From the IMG/VR virus record IMGVR_UViG_3300025030_000118, positions 1 to 58,921 of that record: a DNA stretch of 58,921 nt, one strand, 5' to 3'. Shown here in pieces: positions 9,425-20,215 of the stretch (its first letter is position 1; every line of letters starts with the position of its first letter). The notes beneath the pieces were generated by a model. It ran no database searches, was not told the DNA's origin, and saw nothing but the letters and a program-made list of their open reading frames with translations. The DNA comes from a virus (taxonomy: Duplodnaviria; Caudoviricetes). The position numbers were made by a program, and so were the translations under genes.

Positions 9425-11431
9425 ATGCCTAGTGATTATCAAGATTTTACTAATCAGATAGAAGCTAGGCTTAATTTTTTTATTGATGAAAAAGAATTAG
9501 ATGAATCTTATAAAAAAATAGAAAGCTTTATTAATAAAGTTAAAAATAATTATTCTACTGATGTTTACAAAAAGACAGAAAATTATAGTTTTTTAGATAA
9601 TATATCTAAATTTGTATTTTCTAGTGTAAAAACTTCACCAATTATTAATAGTCTGTCCAATATTTTTGGAAAAAATAATAATATTGATATTGTTAGATCT
9701 TCAGAAATAGTAAGAACTATTGAAAAATCTAATGATGTTTTAAGAGACTTAATATCTGAAGAAACTATAGAAGAGTTTGAAGAAGACATTCCATCTGTAG
9801 ATGTATTATCAGTAGATGAAGATTCTACAGATAATGTATTAGAGGGTATAACTGAAGAGATTATGGATGATTCTTCAGATGTAGATTTACCAGATATTGA
9901 TCTTCCAGAAATAAAAAATCCAGATATAAAATTACCTAGTATTCCTTCTCCTGTAGGATATAATACTCCTAGTGTTCCTGAAGTTGTTCCTGCTTCATCA
10001 TCTAATATATCTGAAAATTATTATCCTACTTTTAATCCAGAAACTGATGAATTTGATTATGAAAATATAGATAGGGAATATAATATACCAGAAACTGATG
10101 AATATAAGCCTATATTACCAGAAAATATACCAGATAATTATAAAACAAACTATATTCAACCAGAATATTTACCTACTCCAAAAATGTATAATGTTGATAA
10201 GTATAATCCTATAACTTCGTATAATATGAGTGATAGTTTATTAAATACTATCGATGAATGGAATTATAAAGTACCAGATTTATTTAAAAATATTATAATA
10301 TCTTGGAACAAATTAAAAGATGAGTTTATAAATAGATTAGAGGATATGGGAGATAAGTCTATAGAAAACTCAATATTTAATTTTATTGAAATTTTCAAAG
10401 ACCGTATAAAATATGTTGGTGAGATAGTAATAGGTTCAATATCTAAAGCTGTAGATTTTGTAGGTAGTGTATTTAGTGGGGATTCATCAAAGGTATCTGA
10501 TATAGCTAAAGAGTTAGAAGGTAAACAGTATTGGGAAGATTCTTGTGGTTTTTTTACTAATGAGTTCTTAAAGAAAATGGGAGTTGATGTTACGAAAGAA
10601 GGAGTTGGAAATATTGAATGGGCTCCAGATTATGCAAAAGGAGGAAAAGCTGTAAAGGGATGGAAAGATGCAAAACCTGGAGATGTTATTGTATTTAAAG
10701 ATAATGCTTCTGTTGATCCTTATCCTCATGTTGGGATTATTATTGATCCTTCAACACATACAATTATGGATGTATCTACTGATGCAGGATATAAATCAGT
10801 TATTAGAAAAGCAGAAGATTTAACTACTTCTATGGGATGGAGTTATGAAATTAGAAGTTATTTTGAAGAAGATGAAGATGATAAAAAAGATAAAATTAAT
10901 ATCTTTGATCAAAAATATAAAGATATTTCAAATATTTCATCAGGAAATTTATCAAAAGATTTTACTATTGAAAATAATAAAATAACCATTCCTAAAATAC
11001 CTGAAGAAAGACTTGAGACTATACCGGAACTGCCTAGTAGAAAAAATATTCCTGATGTATCTCCTACTTTTATTAATGAAGAAAACAACAAAGAAGAAAT
11101 ATTTCCTGGAGTATATATTACAAACAAGGGAATGGATTTAGATCCTGTAGAATATGAAGGATATAAAGTTATAATACATGATAATAAAGATACTAGAGAT
11201 GTAGATATATATGAAACATTTAATGATGATGATAATAATAATGATAAATTTTATGAGAAAATAAAATTAATTAAAGATTCTAATAAATGGAAAGTAAAAA
11301 ATAGAACAAAAAAGAAAAAAGTATCCATCATTAATTTAAAAGATTCATATATAAATAAAGAAGATTTTGTTAAAGATATAGGATTAATTGCAAGAAGAAA
11401 CCAAGAATCTATTTTTAGTAATATGGGATAA
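9425..11431 (+). CDS. Tape-measure-like protein 1 with NlpC/P60-CHAP-type domain
   Basis: Position after chaperones; DSCGFFT...KPGDVIVF...HVGII Cys/His dyad. Confidence 0.65.
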   Translation: MPSDYQDFTNQIEARLNFFIDEKELDESYKKIESFINKVKNNYSTDVYKKTENYSFLDNISKFVFSSVKTSPIINSLSNIFGKNNNIDIVRSSEIVRTIEKSNDVLRDLISEETIEEFEEDIPSVDVLSVDEDSTDNVLEGITEEIMDDSSDVDLPDIDLPEIKNPDIKLPSIPSPVGYNTPSVPEVVPASSSNISENYYPTFNPETDEFDYENIDREYNIPETDEYKPILPENIPDNYKTNYIQPEYLPTPKMYNVDKYNPITSYNMSDSLLNTIDEWNYKVPDLFKNIIISWNKLKDEFINRLEDMGDKSIENSIFNFIEIFKDRIKYVGEIVIGSISKAVDFVGSVFSGDSSKVSDIAKELEGKQYWEDSCGFFTNEFLKKMGVDVTKEGVGNIEWAPDYAKGGKAVKGWKDAKPGDVIVFKDNASVDPYPHVGIIIDPSTHTIMDVSTDAGYKSVIRKAEDLTTSMGWSYEIRSYFEEDEDDKKDKINIFDQKYKDISNISSGNLSKDFTIENNKITIPKIPEERLETIPELPSRKNIPDVSPTFINEENNKEEIFPGVYITNKGMDLDPVEYEGYKVIIHDNKDTRDVDIYETFNDDDNNNDKFYEKIKLIKDSNKWKVKNRTKKKKVSIINLKDSYINKEDFVKDIGLIARRNQESIFSNMG

Positions 11432-11434
11432 ATT

Positions 11435-13624
11435 ATGTTTGATGATTTTAACGAAAAAGATATAAACAATACTATTAATTTTTCTATTAATGATCGTAGT
11501 CTTGAAGAATCATATAATAAAATTATTTCTTTTTCAAATAAGATCAAAAATGATTTTGATTCTATATCTAAAATAAAAATGGAATTAATTTTTCCAGAAA
11601 ATACTATAACAGCTCCTATAATTGATAATAATATTATTACAAAAGTAGATATTATAGAAAAAAAATTAGAAGATATAGATAAACAATTTAACACAGAAAA
11701 TAATTCAGTTGAGAAAACAACTGATAAAACTTCAGATGAGGTTGAAGAAGCTCGAAAAGATGAGATGACAAAAGAGTTCGAAAAACTCTTAGAACTTTTA
11801 AGTGATTTAAAATTAATAAAAAAACAGGATACTAAAGAAAAAACAAAATTAGATCGTGCTCAGGATTTTATAAGTAATATAAAAAAACATGGTATTTTGG
11901 GAGGTATTTTAGATACTGGTAAGACAGTTATTATGACAATGATAGCTCAGTGGATGACTAAAAAACTATGGGCGTGGGGTGTTCCATTTACTAAAAGATT
12001 AATAATGATCCAATTACCTAAGATAATATTACCTGCTTTAGAAGGAATGTTTTTAGGTGGAGGAATAGAAATTATAGTAGGTACTGGAATATTTTTGGCT
12101 CCTGCGGCAGTAATATATACAATTTTTGATCAAATTGATAAAAAAATTAAACAATCAGAAGAAGAAAGATGGAAATTCATGTATGAAAATCCAGAATATA
12201 GTAAAGTTTCTCCTGATCAACTAGAAAAAGAAGAAAAATATACTAAAAAGATTGAAAATCGTATTAAAACACAAAATGATTTATTGAAAAAAAGTATGGA
12301 GGGAACAACTTTATCAGAAAATAAACATAAATCAGAAGGTAAAAGTTTGTTTCAGGAATGGTTAGATAAATTTGATATATCTAGTAAAAGAGATAGAGAA
12401 TTATTAGAAAGAAAAAAGAATCAAGATTTACTTCCTATTAAAGAAACTTTTTTACCAGGAGAAAATTTAATAGGAATGAGTACATCTTCTTATACAGATA
12501 TAGGTTTTAATACTAAGAACGATAAACCAAATATAAATATAGAGGAGATAGAATTAGATCCATCTTCTACAGATATTGGTATTTCATCTTGGGATGAAAA
12601 AGCCAAAAAAGATTCAGAAAAAATTATTAAATCTTTTGAATCTTTGAGTAAAAATACAGTTATGTTTTTAGATACCTTTGGAATGGATTCAATTAGAGAT
12701 TCAGTTAATAATATTACAGATAAAATGTTAGATATTTTTAGTAACCCAGAAAAATATTTAGATGATATTGGCGATTTTTTAAATAAAAGTTTATCTGGTA
12801 ATAATACAGTAGATATATCTAGTAATGGTGCCGGACAAGGACTGGAAGGATATTTCTTTTCTGCTGGTGGAGTAGGAGTAGAGGGAGAATCCTATGCTAA
12901 AGCACTAGCTAGTATAGAAAGTAGTGGAGGAGATTATAGAGCTGTTGGAGTTCCAAATGAATCATTAGGTGAGCCTTTAGGTGCTTATCAAATAATGGAA
13001 TATAATGTCAAAAATCTTATGGGTCAAACATTAGAAAATCTTGGATATAAAGAAGATTCATCTAAATGGAACAGAGAGGAATTAAAAGAATTTTTTCTTT
13101 CTCATTCGGATGTTCAAGATGAAATGTTAAAATTATTTACAGAAAAAACTCTTAAAACACTTACAAAAAGTGAAATTGAAAAAATACAAAAAATGGCAAA
13201 AGAAGATATTAAAAAAGCCGAAGAATATCTTTATGGTCTTTTGGCGGCTGCTCATCTTAGTGGAAATTGGGAAAACTATAGTAATTTAAACGTAAAAGAT
13301 GTTCTTGGGACTAGTAGTCCTGAATATATAAGAAAAACATTACCTATATATAGAGAAAATAGAAGACAAAAGGATGAAAAATTAGATTTTAAATATGATA
13401 AACCACAATCAAGAATAGATAATATAAATAATATGTTATCAATGATGAATATTAAAGAATTTATCAATAACGAGGAACAAGAAGAAGAGATAGAAGAAAT
13501 AAATCTTGCAGGATCCTTAGATTCGCCTGATAGTTTTATATCAGATATGATGGACGAAAAAGAATATTTTCAACAACCAATAGCTTCATATATTAAAGAT
13601 ACTGATAATCATAATTTAAATTAG
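11435..13624 (+). CDS. Tape-measure-like protein 2 with lysozyme/transglycosylase-like domain
   Basis: ALASIESSGGDY...LGAYQIM...LAAAHLSG; hydrophobic mid segment; N-terminus paralogous to 9425. Confidence 0.7.
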   Translation: MFDDFNEKDINNTINFSINDRSLEESYNKIISFSNKIKNDFDSISKIKMELIFPENTITAPIIDNNIITKVDIIEKKLEDIDKQFNTENNSVEKTTDKTSDEVEEARKDEMTKEFEKLLELLSDLKLIKKQDTKEKTKLDRAQDFISNIKKHGILGGILDTGKTVIMTMIAQWMTKKLWAWGVPFTKRLIMIQLPKIILPALEGMFLGGGIEIIVGTGIFLAPAAVIYTIFDQIDKKIKQSEEERWKFMYENPEYSKVSPDQLEKEEKYTKKIENRIKTQNDLLKKSMEGTTLSENKHKSEGKSLFQEWLDKFDISSKRDRELLERKKNQDLLPIKETFLPGENLIGMSTSSYTDIGFNTKNDKPNINIEEIELDPSSTDIGISSWDEKAKKDSEKIIKSFESLSKNTVMFLDTFGMDSIRDSVNNITDKMLDIFSNPEKYLDDIGDFLNKSLSGNNTVDISSNGAGQGLEGYFFSAGGVGVEGESYAKALASIESSGGDYRAVGVPNESLGEPLGAYQIMEYNVKNLMGQTLENLGYKEDSSKWNREELKEFFLSHSDVQDEMLKLFTEKTLKTLTKSEIEKIQKMAKEDIKKAEEYLYGLLAAAHLSGNWENYSNLNVKDVLGTSSPEYIRKTLPIYRENRRQKDEKLDFKYDKPQSRIDNINNMLSMMNIKEFINNEEQEEEIEEINLAGSLDSPDSFISDMMDEKEYFQQPIASYIKDTDNHNLN

Positions 13625-13634
13625 GAGATATAAA

Positions 13635-14501
13635 ATGTCAGATGTTAAACATGAATCTTCATCATCTATTGGTAGAACTGGTACTGATAACTCTAATATT
13701 AGAAAATCATTAATCAAAGATGGTAAGCCTTTAACTGGTATTGACTTAAAAAATCAATATGATAAATTATTAGAGTCTAATAAAAAAAGATTTACTATAA
13801 AAATTGATGATACCACCAGGATTACTATGCATATAGACCCTACTCAGTTAAGAATTAAAAAGAGTAAAAGAATAAGAAAAATAGATACTTTAGCTGGTGC
13901 TATATTTCAAGATTTTGGTTTTGATCCAATGTCCATTGAAATAGATGGAACTACGGGATCTTGGTATAAAGAAGCTATAGATTATATAGATACTGTATTT
14001 AGAAATAATAATCCAGGAAATAATAATGTTGATATATATGTAGATGGAAAAGAATATAAAGCTGTATGGAATACTTTTTCCTATACTAGAGATGCTAATA
14101 CCCATATATATAAGTATCATGTTGAATTTCAAATATTAACTGAAAATATAATAAAAGATGAATCAAACTCTAAAAAAGGATCATATATAGATAGTGGATT
14201 TCTTGCTGTTATACCATCTGGTTTAGATTCTAAATCATTTATTGAAACTTCATCTAGTGTTTCATTTACTAATGATCAAATTCCACCAATAGTTTCTGGA
14301 AGAAGAGAATCAAGAGATAATGTGTTTATTTCAGGGGTTGATATAAATGATGTTAGAAACATAAATAAATTTTCTGAACAAATAGGAAGAGTATCTTATA
14401 ATTCGAAACAAATTAATTCTGATTTTATAAATGATACTGTTTTATGGAAACTAAACATGATGATAGGTCTTAATCTTTTTGATAAATATAGAGGAGTTTA
14501 G
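13635..14501 (+). CDS. Putative tail tube initiator / baseplate protein
   Basis: MHIDPTQL...IDTLAGAIFQDFG...IEIDGTTG; position before hub. Confidence 0.55.
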   Translation: MSDVKHESSSSIGRTGTDNSNIRKSLIKDGKPLTGIDLKNQYDKLLESNKKRFTIKIDDTTRITMHIDPTQLRIKKSKRIRKIDTLAGAIFQDFGFDPMSIEIDGTTGSWYKEAIDYIDTVFRNNNPGNNNVDIYVDGKEYKAVWNTFSYTRDANTHIYKYHVEFQILTENIIKDESNSKKGSYIDSGFLAVIPSGLDSKSFIETSSSVSFTNDQIPPIVSGRRESRDNVFISGVDINDVRNINKFSEQIGRVSYNSKQINSDFINDTVLWKLNMMIGLNLFDKYRGV

Positions 14502-17348
14502 ATGGAAATAGTTCCTAGTTATTTTAAAAATACTAATATACCCGATCTAGATTATTTTTCTACTGGTTATGTAGTAAAAATATATTCTAGATTTTCAGAT
14601 AAGAAACATAAAATAGCTTTTAATAGAAGAAAAGAGGAAAGAAAAAATAGTGGATATTTTGGATTAGATGTTCCTTATAAAGATATATGGGTCGATTATG
14701 ATGCAGATGCCAAATTTACTTCAGAAGATCCAATAGCTCCAATTATTAACATTATGACTAATCATAATGTTACCTCTGGTAATCATAATTGTAATATAAC
14801 TATTGCAGATCATCCAGATATTAAGTTTTTAGAGTGGTCTTTACCAGAGATAAACTGTTTTTCAATAAATAATATTAGAATAGGAGTAATGGATACAATA
14901 ACAGTAGAGCTATGGAGAAAGGGAAAAAAGAGAGAAGAAAGAGGAAGTAAATATGTTGTTCCATTAGTAGAAGAAGATGAAATAAAATCTGAAGTTTTTA
15001 GAGGATTTATTACAAGTATAACAAGATCACAAGATCCAAAAAGCGGATCGTTTATAACATTAAACTGTCTTGATCATATGCATCTTACTGATTTTAGTTT
15101 GCTTAAAATTACAAGAATACATACTATGGATTTTAATTCAGTAACTGGATTTGTTGCAGTTATTAAAATTTTACAATATTTAAACTATATACTAACAGGC
15201 ACAAATAGTGGTCTTTTTGCAGAGCTTCAAAGAATAGGAGAATCTTTAATAAAAGGAATAGATAAAGAATGGGGTAAAGTTTTTACTGAGGATCTTCAAA
15301 AAGAGTTTAAAAGAACAGCTCTTGGTCCTAAGAATTCTTCATTGTTTGAAAGTGGATCTTTTCTTGGACAAGGGAGAGGAGATACACAGCCAAGTTTAGA
15401 TTTTAATGATTGGGAACTTGGACGTATATATGAAACATTATCAAATAATCCTGATATTCCTAAAGCCATACTTGGAGATAAAGGAGTTGCAGATAAAATA
15501 ATAAAAATTATAGAAGAAAGCTTAAATAAATTTTTAGAAGGAACTAAAGAAGATTATAAAAGAGTTAAAAAACTTATGGAATATGATTGGAGATATGTTT
15601 CTTTAATTTTATCTGAGCTTACAATTTTTGAAAATTTCGAAGCAAATAATAGAACAGCAAAATCTTTACTAAGAATGATTGCAAGACAAACCATGAGAGA
15701 AGTTTTTTGTGAAGTATGTCCTACTGAGGGAGGGGTATTAATTCCTCCAAATAGGGGAATATTAAGATATAGAATAGTTCCCTGGATGGATGATCCAGAA
15801 ATTATATTTGATCATTCTGATATAATATCTCAGCAATTTACTGAAACAGAGCAGGGAGTATTTACAGCTGCTATGGTTGCTGGAGGAGAAGCTTTAGGAC
15901 AACTTAATATGGAGACAATAGGTCAAACAGTATTTGATTTTATAACTGGTAGAAATATTGGAGTATTTGCGTTTCCTGATTATTTAGATGAACAATATTA
16001 TACACGACTAGGATTTAGGATGAAAAATGTATGGGATCCTAAAATAACTAAAGTAATACAATCTGCTTTTAGAGGAATGATTGAAAGAGATTATAGTTTA
16101 AGAGAGATGTTTTCTGGAGATGAAACTGTTATAGGTGATCCTAGAATTAAAGCTGGATTAACATGTAGTTTTATAGATTCTGGAAAATATTGGAAAAATG
16201 GTAAAATAAAAGGAGATGGAATTGATGGTTATATGGAAGGAGTTTCGCATTCTTGGACTTTAGGAGGTATTTATAAAACTAGAATTACTTTAAAGTATGT
16301 AAGACAAAAAGGTAAGTTATTTCCACCTTTTGAAAAAAATGTTCAAAAAGTTTTAGATATAGAATCAGAAGAGGGATCTTTACAAGTATCAGATAATTAT
16401 ATAGCATGTAGAAATATTCCAGGATATTATTCAAGTACTATAATAAATGATGTAGATATAGAAATTTTTCTAGGTGCATATTGGAAAGCTATAAGTAATT
16501 GGTCTCCTGCTAATATAAAAGTAACTTATAATTGTCCTTTATATGGATCAGAAAGAATAGGATCTTTTGGTATGACTGTAGATCAATCTAAAAAATATAC
16601 AGGAGATAAAGTTCCATCTAGGATTATTAATGGAGATAATAATTATAATAAAATTAAAGAAAAAATTATGGATCAAAATGAATGTATAAGAATTGCTAGA
16701 TTATATACTATAGACAGTATTAATAAACTAGGTAAGTTTGGAGATATGATTCCACCTTATAGAAATATTGTTAAAAACTTAGCTCATTGTTTTTTTACAG
16801 GAAATAGAGATAATAGAGATAATATAGATGATTCTATTTTTTGTGAAAATGTTTATAAGGAATATAAAACTGCAATACAGATAAAGAAGATTGATTATAA
16901 AATACCAGATATAGATAGATCTATACCAGATAACAATAAAGTTTTTACAACTAATTGTAATAATCAACCATCTTATTATAATATAGGAGCTGATCCTTAT
17001 TCTGAATCAGATTTTTATAATAAATATGTAAAAGATATTAGAAATTTAAAATATGTAGGAGAATCTCCAGGTCTTATAAATGCAAAACAAAGAATGGAAG
17101 AAATATGTAGAAGAAAAGGATATAGTGTTGAATATATAAAAACCTATGAAGATGTAAATTATAGTATGCATGGAATAGGATGTGCAGCTGACTTTTTCAT
17201 ATACATAAAAACTAAAACAAATTTAATTTCATGGGAAGAGTCTATCCAAATAGCTCTTAATTCTGGTTTTCAGTGGATATGGGCTAATCCTGATGCCGAA
17301 AATAGATCATATAAAAAATATATTCATGCATCTTTGTATGGATTATAA
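14502..17348 (+). CDS. Baseplate hub with C-terminal peptidase M15-like domain
   Basis: VFRGFITSI and YMEGVSHSW hub motifs; SMHGIGCAAD...YIH Zn-peptidase motif. Confidence 0.7.
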   Translation: MEIVPSYFKNTNIPDLDYFSTGYVVKIYSRFSDKKHKIAFNRRKEERKNSGYFGLDVPYKDIWVDYDADAKFTSEDPIAPIINIMTNHNVTSGNHNCNITIADHPDIKFLEWSLPEINCFSINNIRIGVMDTITVELWRKGKKREERGSKYVVPLVEEDEIKSEVFRGFITSITRSQDPKSGSFITLNCLDHMHLTDFSLLKITRIHTMDFNSVTGFVAVIKILQYLNYILTGTNSGLFAELQRIGESLIKGIDKEWGKVFTEDLQKEFKRTALGPKNSSLFESGSFLGQGRGDTQPSLDFNDWELGRIYETLSNNPDIPKAILGDKGVADKIIKIIEESLNKFLEGTKEDYKRVKKLMEYDWRYVSLILSELTIFENFEANNRTAKSLLRMIARQTMREVFCEVCPTEGGVLIPPNRGILRYRIVPWMDDPEIIFDHSDIISQQFTETEQGVFTAAMVAGGEALGQLNMETIGQTVFDFITGRNIGVFAFPDYLDEQYYTRLGFRMKNVWDPKITKVIQSAFRGMIERDYSLREMFSGDETVIGDPRIKAGLTCSFIDSGKYWKNGKIKGDGIDGYMEGVSHSWTLGGIYKTRITLKYVRQKGKLFPPFEKNVQKVLDIESEEGSLQVSDNYIACRNIPGYYSSTIINDVDIEIFLGAYWKAISNWSPANIKVTYNCPLYGSERIGSFGMTVDQSKKYTGDKVPSRIINGDNNYNKIKEKIMDQNECIRIARLYTIDSINKLGKFGDMIPPYRNIVKNLAHCFFTGNRDNRDNIDDSIFCENVYKEYKTAIQIKKIDYKIPDIDRSIPDNNKVFTTNCNNQPSYYNIGADPYSESDFYNKYVKDIRNLKYVGESPGLINAKQRMEEICRRKGYSVEYIKTYEDVNYSMHGIGCAADFFIYIKTKTNLISWEESIQIALNSGFQWIWANPDAENRSYKKYIHASLYGL

Positions 17349-17362
17349 AAGAGGAGATTTGT

Positions 17363-18703
17363 ATGGATCCAAGATATATTAATAGAATAAGAGATGATTC
17401 AGTAAGAATCAGTCCTGCTGATGATAATATGCTTTCAACTGAAAGATTTAGAAGAATTAGGACTGGTAGGGTTATTTATGTAAATAGGGTTAACAAGACA
17501 GTAAAAATCCAATGGATGGATCAGGCAGGAGAAACATTTGAAATTCCTTTTCACTATTCTATGGTTGGTGCAACATGGGGAAGGATGCATTCTCCTAAAA
17601 AGAATACAATAGCAATAATTGGGTTTATGGGTGAGAATACTCCATATATTTTAGGGTTTAGACCTATGGATGTAGCAAGTTTAAATACTATCGATGAGGG
17701 AGAAATATATGATAGATGTGAGCATGGTACTTCTATACATTTAAAAAATAAAAGAATAATTAGAACTACGGATGGAAAATGGACTAATCATGATGATTGG
17801 ATAAAACCAAGACAAAGGTCAGCTGGATGGAGATCTAGTGATGGATCAACCACTACAACTGATTCAATATCTGCTTCTCCTGGCGGAATAGAGATAGTTG
17901 TTAGAGAACCATATTCTAAATTTATAAAAAGCTCAGGAGATCCAGGAAAAGGACAATATGTTAAAGGTACTGGATATGCAGAGGATGGTAGATTAACAGA
18001 AGGTCCTTTCTTTAAGGAACATTCTTTTTTATTTATGTATGATGATGGTAATATAATAATACAAAGTGCAGTAGATGATGGAGATTCTGTAGAAAATTTA
18101 GCTAGAATAACAATGGAAGGTAGTGGTAAATTAATAATAGAAGATGCAAAATCAAAAAATGTTATAGAAATGAATCCAGGAACTGAAGATGGAAATGAGC
18201 CAAGTTTTACAATTTTAGGTAATAAATCATTAAATATTAGATCTAATGATAGCGTTAATATTTCAGCTGCTAAAAGTGTGAGAATAGCTTGTGATACTGG
18301 AGATATAAGTTTTATTGGTAATAATTTTAACAATAAGACAAAAAATGGTTCATGGTTTATGAACTGTAAAGATGGTGGTATCTTTTGTAATGATGGAAAT
18401 GCTTCTATTTATTCAACTAAGGGAGCAAGATTATTAGCAAAAGAAGATGCTTGGATTATAGGAGAAAAATATTTAGAAATAAAATGGGGAAAAAACGGAG
18501 TTCCAGGAACTGCCTTAATACAAGGAGTAGGTGATTTAACTCTTAATATAACTGGAAATGTTAATTCTCAGGTAACTGGAAACATGACTAGCTTAGTAAA
18601 TGGTAATTTAAACATAACATGTACAGGATTAGTAAATATAAATGGACAAATGATTAATCTCAATTGTGGTGCAATTGACAGTGGAGATATATTAGTAGCG
18701 TAA
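17363..18703 (+). CDS. Baseplate central spike (gp5/gpV-like)
   Basis: N-terminal OB-fold pattern (GRVIYV...TVKIQW...IIGF), C-terminal VTGN repeats ending INLN. Confidence 0.75.
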   Translation: MDPRYINRIRDDSVRISPADDNMLSTERFRRIRTGRVIYVNRVNKTVKIQWMDQAGETFEIPFHYSMVGATWGRMHSPKKNTIAIIGFMGENTPYILGFRPMDVASLNTIDEGEIYDRCEHGTSIHLKNKRIIRTTDGKWTNHDDWIKPRQRSAGWRSSDGSTTTTDSISASPGGIEIVVREPYSKFIKSSGDPGKGQYVKGTGYAEDGRLTEGPFFKEHSFLFMYDDGNIIIQSAVDDGDSVENLARITMEGSGKLIIEDAKSKNVIEMNPGTEDGNEPSFTILGNKSLNIRSNDSVNISAAKSVRIACDTGDISFIGNNFNNKTKNGSWFMNCKDGGIFCNDGNASIYSTKGARLLAKEDAWIIGEKYLEIKWGKNGVPGTALIQGVGDLTLNITGNVNSQVTGNMTSLVNGNLNITCTGLVNINGQMINLNCGAIDSGDILVA

Positions 18704-18741
18704 AGTCAACAATTTTAGTATAATGTAAAGAGGAATTATTT

Positions 18742-19017
18742 ATGGGATTACCAGTAGCTCGATTAAATGATCCTACAGCATTTGGTGGAATGATAGTTGA
18801 TGTTCAGGATTATACTGTTAATTCCAATAATATGCCTGTAGCTGAATTAGGAGATATAGCTAGAACAAGAGTAGGAGATGACTGGGTGTTTTTACCTATA
18901 GTATCTGGATCTGGTATGGTTTTTTCAAGAAATAGAAATTTATCAAGAGAAGAAGATATAATATCAAACGGAGATATAATAGTAAATGGTTCTTATAACG
19001 TATATGCAGGTGGATAA
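18742..19017 (+). CDS. PAAR-like spike tip
   Basis: PVARLND, PVAELGD, LSREED repeats; GSYNVYAG end. Confidence 0.85.
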   Translation: MGLPVARLNDPTAFGGMIVDVQDYTVNSNNMPVAELGDIARTRVGDDWVFLPIVSGSGMVFSRNRNLSREEDIISNGDIIVNGSYNVYAGG

Positions 19018-19724
19018 TGGCTGATACAACTCCATTAAATCTACAAGAATTATTTGATGATAAATTTAAAGGTGCTTTTGATAAACTTGAAGATACCTTA
19101 AAGACAATAAATACAGTGATAAATTATCAAGTTGATCTTACTTCTATTCAAGAACAAATAACGATAATAGAAGATACTATAGAAAATGAAGTGTTAGATA
19201 AATTACAAGATATAACAGATGCAATAGCTGATATCTTAGAACCAATTTTAGATCCTTTATGTAAAATAGAAACTGCAGTATCACAAGAATTAAAAGATTT
19301 TCTAGATGATGCTAAAACAAATTATCCTAATACTTATGAGTTATTAAAAGCAGTAATAGATAAAAATGATAATTATTATAAAAATTTGAAAAATAGAGCT
19401 TTAAGTAACGCAGAATTTAACTTAAAGAAAATACAGGGATTTATAGATCATACATTATCTCTAGATAGTGAAAAACAAAGACTTAATAATATTTTAGATA
19501 ATTTACCTTGGAATGATCATATGTCAATCCCTGATATATTATGTCTGCATAATAGTTTGAGAAATTATTCTTCTTATTTAGATAATAGGAAGAGTTATCT
19601 AGAAAGAGAAATACAGCTTTACCAAGATAAAATCAATAAAAGCCAAACTACTGCAGAAAAGAATACAACTCTTAGTGAAAGTTATACTAATGTTCAAAAT
19701 GTAATAAACAACGATATAGGATAA
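19017..19724 (+). CDS. Hypothetical helical virion protein
   Basis: Coupled to PAAR gene; heptad-rich. Confidence 0.5.
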   Translation: MADTTPLNLQELFDDKFKGAFDKLEDTLKTINTVINYQVDLTSIQEQITIIEDTIENEVLDKLQDITDAIADILEPILDPLCKIETAVSQELKDFLDDAKTNYPNTYELLKAVIDKNDNYYKNLKNRALSNAEFNLKKIQGFIDHTLSLDSEKQRLNNILDNLPWNDHMSIPDILCLHNSLRNYSSYLDNRKSYLEREIQLYQDKINKSQTTAEKNTTLSESYTNVQNVINNDIG

Positions 19725-19726
19725 TT

Positions 19727-20215
19727 ATGTCATACGATATAAAAATAGATAACGAGAGTGGAGAGTTTGATCTTTTAGATCTAGATATAGTTTTTGATGG
19801 TCGGGGTCAGACAACTATGATATCTGGATCTAATAAGCTTTCTCAGGATGTTAATAAAGTTTTATTAACCAATACAGGATCTAATAGATTTCATAAAAAA
19901 TATGGATCTGAAATAAAAAGAATAATTGGACAAAAAGGAAGACCAGAATATATACAGAGTGTAATAAGAGATACTTGTTTAAATGCTATAGGATTATATA
20001 TGTCATTACAGTCTGATCAATCTAAGTATCAATTATTAAATAGTGATGAATATATAAGCGAGATAAAAGAAATAATTACTGATTATTTAGGAGATAATCC
20101 TGATACATATCCATTTGAACCAGAAATTTCTAAGTTTTCAACCTTTTCAGTAAAGATATCTTTATTAAGTATGTCTAATGTTACGGAACAAATAAATTTA
20201 GGAATAAGATTATAA
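19727..20215 (+). CDS. Baseplate wedge / sheath initiator (gp25-like)
   Basis: KLSQDVNKVLLTNTGSNRFHKKYGS. Confidence 0.8.
   Translation: MSYDIKIDNESGEFDLLDLDIVFDGRGQTTMISGSNKLSQDVNKVLLTNTGSNRFHKKYGSEIKRIIGQKGRPEYIQSVIRDTCLNAIGLYMSLQSDQSKYQLLNSDEYISEIKEIITDYLGDNPDTYPFEPEISKFSTFSVKISLLSMSNVTEQINLGIRL

Noticed and set aside
13635-17348. Stop-codon reassignment (TAG at 14501 directly followed by in-frame ATG)
   Set aside because: Own GAGGAG RBS before 14502; the same abutment occurs with TAA at 26938 and 46679; conserved genes are intact in the standard code and the tRNA is not a suppressor
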